Shown: in pieces, positions 57,215 to 64,000 of the stretch
Layout: each line of letters begins with the position of its first letter
Position numbering within the stretch: the stretch's first letter is position 1
Source of the DNA: Candidatus Nealsonbacteria bacterium
GTDB taxonomy: Bacteria > Patescibacteriota > Minisyncoccia > Minisyncoccales > DAOVPY01
Assembly (NCBI GenBank): GCA_030628945.1
Contig: DAOVPY010000001.1
Span: forward strand, 51,302 to 115,301
Direction of reading: 5' to 3'
Length of the DNA: 64,000 nt
Made by a program: the position numbers and the translations under genes
The notes under the pieces: generated by a model
What the model was told of the DNA's origin: nothing
The model's database searches: none
What the model saw: only the letters and a program-made list of their open reading frames with translations

Positions 57215-58371
57215 AATTAACTTATATTGCCAATATTCGCCTTCCAACTGAAAAAGCGCATGGAGTAGGAAGAATGAAGCTTTGTGAGGCTTTTGCCAAA
57301 CAAGGGATAGAGGTTGAATTAATTCATCCTTGGCGTTTCAACAAAATAAAAAAAGGCCCCTTTGATTATTATGGGGTTAAAAGAAATTTTAGGATAAAAA
57401 AATTACATCATCTTGATTTCATTCCTTTAGATAAGTTTTTAGGCCCTTTGGCTAGTTGGATTGGCTCTTTAGAATTTTCATTTATTAGTTTTTGTTATAT
57501 CTTGACGAGAGGGTTTTTTAGGTCAAATATTGTTTTTTTCTCCCACGACCATTTTCCTTTATTTTTGTTTTCGTTTTTCTCTCAGAATACGTTTTATGAC
57601 ATCCACGATTTTCCACGTCTTAAAACTTTTTTGCATAAATTTTATTATCAGCTTCTCTTTAAAAGATTAAAAGGAATTGTCGTTACTAATTCTTGGAAAA
57701 AGAAAGAATTAGAGAATATTTTTGGAATTGTTGGCAAAAAAATTCTAATAGCTCCCAATGGAGTTGACATTGAGGAATTTGATATTAGCCAAACCAAAGC
57801 GGACTGTCGGAGAAAATTAGGGTTGTCCCTTAAAGAAAAGATTATTTTGTATACAGGTCATCTTTATTTTTGGAAAGGCGTGCAAGTTTTAGCCGAAGCG
57901 TCGCAATACCTCCCGAAGGATGTTAAAGTTTATTTTGTCGGCGGTACAAAAGTAGATATTAAAAACTACAAACTACAAACTGCAAACTACGAACTAAATA
58001 TAGTCGGGCATAAACCGCATAAAGAAATCCCTTACTGGTTGAAAACAGCTGATGTTTTGGTTTTGCCAAATACGGCTAAAGAAGATATTTCAAAATATTG
58101 GACGTGTCCCCTGAAACTCTTTGAATATATGGTTTCAAAAAGGCCGATTGTCGCTTCAAATTTGCCGTCAATAAGAGAAATCCTCAACGAGTCAAATTCG
58201 GTTTTGGTAAAGCCAGACGACCCTGAAAGTTTGGCAAGCGGTATAATCAAGGTTTTAGCAGGTAAAACCTTGGCTGAAAAAATTTCAGACAGGGCGTATG
58301 AGGATGTTATGGAATACACTTGGGATAAGAGGGCTAAGAAGATTCTTGAGTTTTTGGGCCGCGAAGATTAA
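57211..58371 (+). CDS. GT4-family glycosyltransferase with an in-frame AAACTAC heptamer array
   Basis: C-terminal GT4 region (LKLFEYMVSKRPIVASNLPSIREIL). Insert encodes KNYKLQTANYELN. Confidence 0.6.
   Translation: MKLTYIANIRLPTEKAHGVGRMKLCEAFAKQGIEVELIHPWRFNKIKKGPFDYYGVKRNFRIKKLHHLDFIPLDKFLGPLASWIGSLEFSFISFCYILTRGFFRSNIVFFSHDHFPLFLFSFFSQNTFYDIHDFPRLKTFLHKFYYQLLFKRLKGIVVTNSWKKKELENIFGIVGKKILIAPNGVDIEEFDISQTKADCRRKLGLSLKEKIILYTGHLYFWKGVQVLAEASQYLPKDVKVYFVGGTKVDIKNYKLQTANYELNIVGHKPHKEIPYWLKTADVLVLPNTAKEDISKYWTCPLKLFEYMVSKRPIVASNLPSIREILNESNSVLVKPDDPESLASGIIKVLAGKTLAEKISDRAYEDVMEYTWDKRAKKILEFLGRED
57963..57997. repeat. Heptanucleotide tandem repeat AAACTAC x ~5 inside the GT4 CDS
   Basis: Direct read: aaactac aaactac aaactgc aaactac gaactaa. 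Confidence 0.85.
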
Positions 58372-59446
58372 TTAAACTATTAAGGGCGCAAAAAGCCAAT
58401 AAAATAACTAAGGGTATAATGGGAAGGGTATATCTGGGATTAGGCATAAAGACAAAGACGGTATGGAAAATCCAGAAATAGAGGATTGTTCCCCAGAGAA
58501 TTAATGTTTTTTTTCTTTGGAAATAGAGAGAAAGCGCGGCTCCCAGAATTACCATATAGGTAAGGATTGCGTTAATTGTAAAAGCTTTTTTTGCCCAGGA
58601 ATATTGTTGTATTAAGGATTCCGCTCTTGTTCCTTCGGCTCCGGGATTCCAGAAGAAAACCGCTCTGGACACGGGCGAAGTCCACCATAATGACCAGTTC
58701 ACTTCCCAGAATCCGTGAGGTTTGAGGTCTTGTTTTGTTTTTGTTAAAATGTCAAATGTATATGAGAAATCCGGATTAGTTGTCCAGTGATAAATTAACC
58801 AGGGAGAAACAATCATAAGGAATACAATTATTGCGATTAAAGTATTTTTAGAAAAAGGAATTTTTAGCAAGATAAGCCAGAGCAGAATAATCCAGAAAGG
58901 AAGAAGAAAAACAATATATTTTGTTAAAGCGGCCATGCCTAAAGCGGTTCCGGATAAAATCGCGTTCTTCAGGGAAGAAGTTCGCTGAAATTCTAAAAGA
59001 AAATAAATAGAAAGCATAAAGAGAAAAATAAAAATTATCTCAGTCAGGATTAAAGTTGTATAGAAAAAAAGATACGGCCAGAAGCAAGTGGCCAATGAAG
59101 CGGCGCAAGAAAAAATGGGGGAAAGATTAAGATGTTTCCTGGCCATAAGGTATATTAAAACCCCAATGCCGGCCAAGAACAATATTTGTATTATCCTTAC
59201 TATTTGGAAGCTGTCTCCGAATATACCATAGACAAGAGCCAGAAAAAGAGGGTACACAGGCCCTGTAACAGAAGGTAGAGGATTTCCATCTTCACAAATT
59301 AATCCTTTGCCTTCTAAAAAATTTCTGGCTGCCGGGTCATAATAAGCGATAGTGTCTCCATCCACCGGCGGAATATAGCCGAAATTTAGATAAATCAGTC
59401 CAGCGCCCGCAACAATGGCAAATATTAAGAATAAGATTTTTTTCAT
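58334..59446 (-). CDS. Polytopic membrane glycosyltransferase, GT39/GT83 (ArnT/PMT)-like
   Basis: About 11 TM helices; N-terminal periplasmic-loop DxD-like region (PPVDGDTIAYYDPAARNF); size and topology typical of PMT_2. Confidence 0.45.
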   Translation of the reverse strand: MKKILFLIFAIVAGAGLIYLNFGYIPPVDGDTIAYYDPAARNFLEGKGLICEDGNPLPSVTGPVYPLFLALVYGIFGDSFQIVRIIQILFLAGIGVLIYLMARKHLNLSPIFSCAASLATCFWPYLFFYTTLILTEIIFIFLFMLSIYFLLEFQRTSSLKNAILSGTALGMAALTKYIVFLLPFWIILLWLILLKIPFSKNTLIAIIVFLMIVSPWLIYHWTTNPDFSYTFDILTKTKQDLKPHGFWEVNWSLWWTSPVSRAVFFWNPGAEGTRAESLIQQYSWAKKAFTINAILTYMVILGAALSLYFQRKKTLILWGTILYFWIFHTVFVFMPNPRYTLPIIPLVILLAFCALNSLINLRGPKTQESS

Positions 59447-60573
59447 TGACTAATTATACCATTAGCGTTAATTTAAAAAAAGAGATAAAAATCATGAAAA
59501 GATGTTCTAAATGCATACTGCCAAAAACTTTTCCAGGAATCAGTTTTGACGCTGATGGAGTTTGTAATTATTGTAGAAATTATAAAAAAATAGAAGTAAA
59601 GGGCGCGCCGGCTTTAAAAGAGATTTTGTCAAAATACCGCGAGATTGGCAAAAACAGGAAATATGACTGTATGGTTTGCTACAGCGGAGGACGAGACAGC
59701 AGTTATGTATTATATCAACTGGTAAAAAAGCATGGACTAAGGGTTTTGGCCGTTACTTTGGATGGCGGGCTTATAACTGAATTTGGATACAAAAATATGG
59801 AAAGGGCGAAAAATATATTGGGCGTAAATCACGAGATTTTTATCTTAAATCAGAAAAAAATTTTAAAACATGTAGGCAAGAACATAAAGGCATGGCTAAA
59901 AAAGCCCTCGCTTTTAATGATACCGATTTTTATGGCGGCTGATAAGACAATGGGTTTTGAGTTGAGTAAAATCGGCAGACAATATGGCATTCCATTGCTT
60001 GTTATGGGCGGCAATACAGGAGTGGAGAATACTTCTTTTAAGGCGGGATACGCCGGTATTTATGAAGAACCGAATCAGATAAAATTATGGCAGAGCATTA
60101 AGCTCTTGAAGGCCTATTTCATGGAATATATTAAGAATCCACGCTATATTAATGGTTCATTAGCGTATATAATTCCGGGTTGGTTTGATTTTTTCGCTTT
60201 TCAGACCCATAATAAAAATTTTATTCATTATTATGATTATATAAAATGGAATGAAACAGATATTTTAAAAACAATCCAAGAAAAGCTGAACTGGGAAAGT
60301 CCTCCAGATACTGTCCAAACATGGAGAACCGATGACGCCACAAGCCCTTGGTATAATTTTCTTTATTATTCTATGACCGGTTTTACGGAAAATGACGAAT
60401 TATTGAGCAATATGGTTAGAGAAGGAATGATTAGCAGGGAAGACGCTTTGTTAAGAGTTGAGCAAGAGAATAAACCAAGATACGAGGAAATTAAAAAATA
60501 TCTTAAAATGGTAAACGTTGATATAGATATATACGAGTTAGAGAAGAAATTAAAAATATATCAAGGGAAATAA
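59446..60573 (+). CDS. N-acetyl sugar amidotransferase (WbuX/WbpG-like PP-loop enzyme)
   Basis: N-terminal Zn ribbon CSKC...CNYC followed by PP-loop CYSGGRDSSY, ~375 aa. Confidence 0.5.
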   Translation: MTNYTISVNLKKEIKIMKRCSKCILPKTFPGISFDADGVCNYCRNYKKIEVKGAPALKEILSKYREIGKNRKYDCMVCYSGGRDSSYVLYQLVKKHGLRVLAVTLDGGLITEFGYKNMERAKNILGVNHEIFILNQKKILKHVGKNIKAWLKKPSLLMIPIFMAADKTMGFELSKIGRQYGIPLLVMGGNTGVENTSFKAGYAGIYEEPNQIKLWQSIKLLKAYFMEYIKNPRYINGSLAYIIPGWFDFFAFQTHNKNFIHYYDYIKWNETDILKTIQEKLNWESPPDTVQTWRTDDATSPWYNFLYYSMTGFTENDELLSNMVREGMISREDALLRVEQENKPRYEEIKKYLKMVNVDIDIYELEKKLKIYQGK

Positions 60574-61853
60574 TGCTGAATCTTACTACATTTTTTCCAA
60601 AAACTAAATTTACGCGCGATGTTTCCTGGAACGCTTTGAGTTTTGCGGTAATGGGAATCAGCGGGATAGTTCTTAATATATTGATTGTAATGAAATATGG
60701 GGCCGAAATTTTGGGCGCTTTCAACCAGGTTTACGCTATCTATATCTTGGTCTCCCAGCTGGCCGTGTTCGGCCTTTACGCGTCGGTTTTGAAACATATT
60801 TCAGAGCATTCTGAAAACCCTGATTTTTGCGACGAAATTCTTACCAGCGCTTTGCTTATTGGCATTGGTATCGCCAGTTTTGTTTGTCTTCTTTATTACG
60901 GTTTAACTCCTTTTGCGGGGAGATTATTAGACAGTCCGGCTGTTGCCCAGGGATTAATTTTTGCTCTTGTTGGTCTTTGGTGTTTTTCCTTGAATAAGAT
61001 TTTACTTGCGTTTCTGAACGGCAAGCGGCTGATGAAAGCTTTTGCTCTTTTTAATGTCTTCCGCTATGTTATGATGCCGTTGTTTTTGGCGGTTTTGATA
61101 TTATTAAGAATGCCCGGCTACATTTTGCCTGTTATTTTTAGCATAACCGAGCTTATCCTTTTAGTTGCCTTGCTTGTTTTTACTTTTCGTTTTTTTTCAA
61201 TCGCTTCAATAAACCGGTGCAAAAAATGGTTTAAGGTTCATTTGCGATTCGGGAGTAAATCTTTACCGGGCGGAACTGCTACAGAAATGAATTCCCGGAT
61301 TGATGTTTTAATGCTTGGCATTTTCTGCAGTGATAAAATAGTTGGTGTTTATAGTTTAGCCGCGATGCTTGCCGAGGGTTTTGACCAGATTCCAAGTATA
61401 TTCCGAGTAAATTACAATCCATTGCTTACAAAGTTTGTTGTCCAAAAGCGATTAGGAGAGATTCGTTCGCTTATCAGAGGGTTTTTGATGAAATGGATTC
61501 CTTTCGCTTTAATAATCGGTTTTTTGGCGATACTTGTTTTTCCTTTACTGGTAAAAATAATTGCCAGCGGCCCGGAATTTTCTCAGGCATGGGTTATTTT
61601 TGCCATTTTGATGATTGGCATAATAATTAGGTCGGGCTATTCTGTTTTTTGGGAATTGCCGGTCCAGTCAGGTTATCCCGGTTATCAGACAATATTAATT
61701 GGGGTTGTGGCGCTGAGCAATATCTTGCTGAATTATGTTTTTATTCAATGGTGGGGGATATATGGCGCCGCGATTGCCACGACAATTAGTTTTGTTTTGA
61801 GCGTATTTTATCTGAAATTGGTTGTAAGAAAACTTTTGGATATTAAAATATAG
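60573..61853 (+). CDS. Polysaccharide flippase (Wzx, MOP superfamily)
   Basis: About 12-14 TM helices, 426 aa, within the glycan cluster. Confidence 0.55.
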   Translation: MLNLTTFFPKTKFTRDVSWNALSFAVMGISGIVLNILIVMKYGAEILGAFNQVYAIYILVSQLAVFGLYASVLKHISEHSENPDFCDEILTSALLIGIGIASFVCLLYYGLTPFAGRLLDSPAVAQGLIFALVGLWCFSLNKILLAFLNGKRLMKAFALFNVFRYVMMPLFLAVLILLRMPGYILPVIFSITELILLVALLVFTFRFFSIASINRCKKWFKVHLRFGSKSLPGGTATEMNSRIDVLMLGIFCSDKIVGVYSLAAMLAEGFDQIPSIFRVNYNPLLTKFVVQKRLGEIRSLIRGFLMKWIPFALIIGFLAILVFPLLVKIIASGPEFSQAWVIFAILMIGIIIRSGYSVFWELPVQSGYPGYQTILIGVVALSNILLNYVFIQWWGIYGAAIATTISFVLSVFYLKLVVRKLLDIKI

Positions 61854-61893
61854 CGCTTTTTGCGCGCGACTAACTGGACAAAAGGCCTGATTT

Positions 61894-62943
61894 TTGCATA
61901 TAATTAAGTGTGATAAAATTATGGTTGAAGAAAAAACAAAAAAGAAAACAATTTTAATTACCGGCGGCGCCGGCTTTGTGGGTCATCATTTAGTAGAAGG
62001 TGTGTTAAAAAATACTGATTGGCATATTGTTGTTTTAGATTGCTTAACCTATGCAGGCAATCTTAATAGATTTACGGATATTTCTATTTGGGAGAAAGAA
62101 AAGCGCAGGGTTAAGTTTGTCTGGGACGATTTGCGTTCGCCAATTTCAGAAACCAGCCATAAGATAATCAAGGATTTAGATTATATTTTTCACCTTGCCG
62201 CGGAATCCCATGTCGGAAACAGCCTAAAAGACGCTGTTCCTTTTGCGCAATCTAATGTAGTGGGAACAACTTATTTGCTTGAATATATTAAAAACCGCCA
62301 GCCAAATTTAAAAAAATACATTGGATTCAACACGGATGAAGTGTTTGGCCCCGCTCCCGAAGGAGTATTTTATAAAGAGACGGATAAATTTTATCCTTCC
62401 AACCCTTATTCGGCGGCCAAGGCGGGACAATGGGCAATGGAATTTGCGTTTGCCCATTCTTTCAGACTTCCTATTATTCAGACGCATTCAATGAACATTT
62501 TTGGCGAGCGTCAGCATCCTGAAAAGTTTATCCCAATGACCGTAAAAAAGATTTTAAGAGGACAGCCAATAATTATTCACGGACTTCCCTGCCAAATAAG
62601 TTCTCGCTGCTGGATTCACGCCAGGAATGTTTGCGACGCTTTATTATTTTTATTAGAGCAAGGCAAAATAGGGGAGACCTACAATATTGTCGGCGAAGAA
62701 AGAGATGTTTTATATTTAGCCAATAGGATTTCCAAAATTATAAAAGGCAGAGAGTTAGACGAGAAAGAAATAAAATACATTGACTATCATAAAACAAGGC
62801 CGGGCCATGACCGGCGTTACGCTTTAGACGGGACAAAATTGAGAGAAATGGGTTGGAAGCCGAAATTATGTCTGAACGAGAGTTTTGATAAAATGGTGAA
62901 TTGGATGATAAAAAAAGAAAATTTAAAGTGGCTTGATTTATGA
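61894..62943 (+). CDS. dTDP-glucose 4,6-dehydratase-like SDR enzyme
   Basis: ILITGGAGFVGHHL; YSAAKAGQ (YxxxK); FGERQHPEKFIP resembles the RfbB GPxQxPEKLIP motif. Confidence 0.6.
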   Translation: MHIIKCDKIMVEEKTKKKTILITGGAGFVGHHLVEGVLKNTDWHIVVLDCLTYAGNLNRFTDISIWEKEKRRVKFVWDDLRSPISETSHKIIKDLDYIFHLAAESHVGNSLKDAVPFAQSNVVGTTYLLEYIKNRQPNLKKYIGFNTDEVFGPAPEGVFYKETDKFYPSNPYSAAKAGQWAMEFAFAHSFRLPIIQTHSMNIFGERQHPEKFIPMTVKKILRGQPIIIHGLPCQISSRCWIHARNVCDALLFLLEQGKIGETYNIVGEERDVLYLANRISKIIKGRELDEKEIKYIDYHKTRPGHDRRYALDGTKLREMGWKPKLCLNESFDKMVNWMIKKENLKWLDL

Positions 62944-63350
62944 AAGTAAGTATGAAAGTAAGAAGGTTAAAAGTTCATTCTGATGAGAGAGGATGGCTGG
63001 TGGAGGTTTTAAGGGTTGATAAGATTAAAAAACCGATAAAGCAGGTTTATGTTGCGACGATTAAGCCGGGAAAAGAAAGAGGAAATCATTATCACTCTAA
63101 AAAGACCGAGTGGTTTTTTATAGCTGAAGGAGACGCGGATATTTTCCTTTACGATTTGAAGACAAAAAAGAAAAAGATTTTCAAACTTTCTTCTAAAAAA
63201 CCAAGAATGATTGTGATATCGCCGAACGTGGTTCACACTGTTAAAAATTCCGGCAAAAAAACAGCTTTTTTAGTAAGCGGTGCGGACAATATTTACGACC
63301 CTAAAAAACCAGACACTTTTTTGTATAATGAAAAATTACAAAAATCTTAA
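62940..63350 (+). CDS. Cupin-fold sugar epimerase/isomerase (RmlC/FdtA-like)
   Basis: 136-aa cupin with ERGWLVE...RGNHYHSK...EWFFIAEGDADIF. Confidence 0.45.
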   Translation: MKVSMKVRRLKVHSDERGWLVEVLRVDKIKKPIKQVYVATIKPGKERGNHYHSKKTEWFFIAEGDADIFLYDLKTKKKKIFKLSSKKPRMIVISPNVVHTVKNSGKKTAFLVSGADNIYDPKKPDTFLYNEKLQKS

Positions 63351-63900
63351 AACATCAAAATTAAGAGAATTTATAAGGACATACATCCTGAGCCGTCCTC
63401 TTCTTCAAACAAAATCCGCTGCCGGCAGGGTTTTAGATTTGGGCTGCGGATGGGGTTTTTATTTCAAAATGAATCCCTTGGCCTATGGGATAGATATAGA
63501 CGATGATTGTTTAAGGCATTTAAAAAATTTAGGGTATAATGTTGTTAAAGGAGATATAACTAAAAAATTGCCTTTTGAAGATAATTCTTTTGAATGGGTT
63601 GTTTGCCACGATGTATTAGAACATTTTATATTAGATGACGTTAAGCGGATTTTTCCGGAGGTTTGGAGAATTTTGAAGCCCAATGGCTGTTTTTTAATTT
63701 TAATACCGAATCAAAAGGGCTATGATTCCGGTTTGAAAAGAGGAGTCGGCCATAAGCATTTTATAACCCTTCAAGAAATTTTAGCCGTTGCCAAAAAAAA
63801 TTTTATCCTTCAAAAATATTATTTTTATCCTTTTCCCAAAATGATTGGCGATTTTTTTACTCACAATAAAAAAGTGATTGTTTTGAAAAAGGTTAAGTAA
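63280..63900 (+). CDS. Class I SAM-dependent methyltransferase
   Basis: VLDLGCGWGFYF (motif I), LKPNGCFLIL (post-II). The start may be the ATG at ~63335. Confidence 0.6.
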   Translation: MRTIFTTLKNQTLFCIMKNYKNLKTSKLREFIRTYILSRPLLQTKSAAGRVLDLGCGWGFYFKMNPLAYGIDIDDDCLRHLKNLGYNVVKGDITKKLPFEDNSFEWVVCHDVLEHFILDDVKRIFPEVWRILKPNGCFLILIPNQKGYDSGLKRGVGHKHFITLQEILAVAKKNFILQKYYFYPFPKMIGDFFTHNKKVIVLKKVK

Positions 63901-63910
63901 TTTTCTCAAT

Positions 63911-64000
63911 ATGTTGCCGAAGAATCCTCTTATTTCTGTAATTGTTCTTAATTGGAACGGAAAGAGATTTCTGAAAGATTGTTTTTTATCTTTGGAAAAC
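63911..64000 (+). CDS. GT2-family glycosyltransferase, N-terminal fragment (continues beyond the window)
   Basis: PLISVIVLNWNGKRFLKDCFLSL is the typical GT2 N-terminus. Confidence 0.5.
   Translation, partial: MLPKNPLISVIVLNWNGKRFLKDCFLSLEN

Overview
This is a low-GC (~35%) bacterial fragment. Gene content and architecture suggest a Candidate Phyla Radiation (Patescibacteria/Parcubacteria-like) genome: short tightly packed genes, a small tail-less FtsZ, NrdDG, and giant cell-surface proteins. No rRNA gene, CRISPR array, transposase or integrase was seen.

The first ~24 kb is a housekeeping block. It holds yvcK-like (partial), a sugar nucleotidyltransferase, a ThiI-like PP-loop protein, an MFS transporter, a PAP2 phosphatase, a GH3-like protein, tRNA-Leu(CAA), parA, parB, topA, dprA, pth, a secreted Cys-rich protein, lepB, hisS, a HIT protein, rpsU-like, ybeY, ftsA, ftsZ, nrdD, nrdG and groES-groEL.

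From 24-41.7 kb there is a cell-surface and regulatory island:
- a lipoprotein;
- a wHTH plus Cas2-like (PaaX-like) regulator flanked by 44-bp palindromes;
- two tandem paralogs;
- a ~1,700-aa multi-LTD/beta-helix surface protein split by a single in-frame TAG;
- a four-helix-bundle-HTH protein;
- an ECF sigma / putative anti-sigma pair;
- a 1,482-aa Thr/Ser/Gly-rich S-layer/adhesin-like protein with a peptidoglycan-binding domain;
- two further secreted proteins.

From 41.7 kb to the window end there is a ~22-kb glycan biosynthesis cluster. It contains at least six GT4 glycosyltransferases, a GT39/83-like membrane GT, a GT2 (partial), three SDR epimerase/dehydratases, a short UDP-sugar dehydrogenase, a DegT aminotransferase, two deacetylase-like proteins, a FemAB-like protein, a radical SAM/SPASM protein, an AsnB-like protein, an N-acetyl sugar amidotransferase, a cupin sugar isomerase, a methyltransferase and a Wzx flippase.

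The most unusual signals are sequence-level:
1. Heptanucleotide (7-bp) tandem repeats at many loci. They sit in-frame inside pth and at the same interdomain position in four GT4 genes (GGTTTCA, CAACCGA, GTTRYAA, AAACTAC in the 49442, 50691, 52776, 57211 genes) and in the GT4-like 53912 gene (AAACTAC); in-frame RC copies lie in the minus-strand GT4 gene 41654-42916.
2. Several families of small GC-rich palindromic elements that recur in intergenic regions and also as in-frame insertions within coding sequences (RPE-like behaviour).
3. A conserved 32-bp palindrome in the 5' leaders of the ECF sigma gene and a GT4 gene.
4. An in-frame TAG (CAG in the paralogous repeat) interrupting the giant LTD protein.

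All hand-derived coordinates may be off by 1-2 nt.
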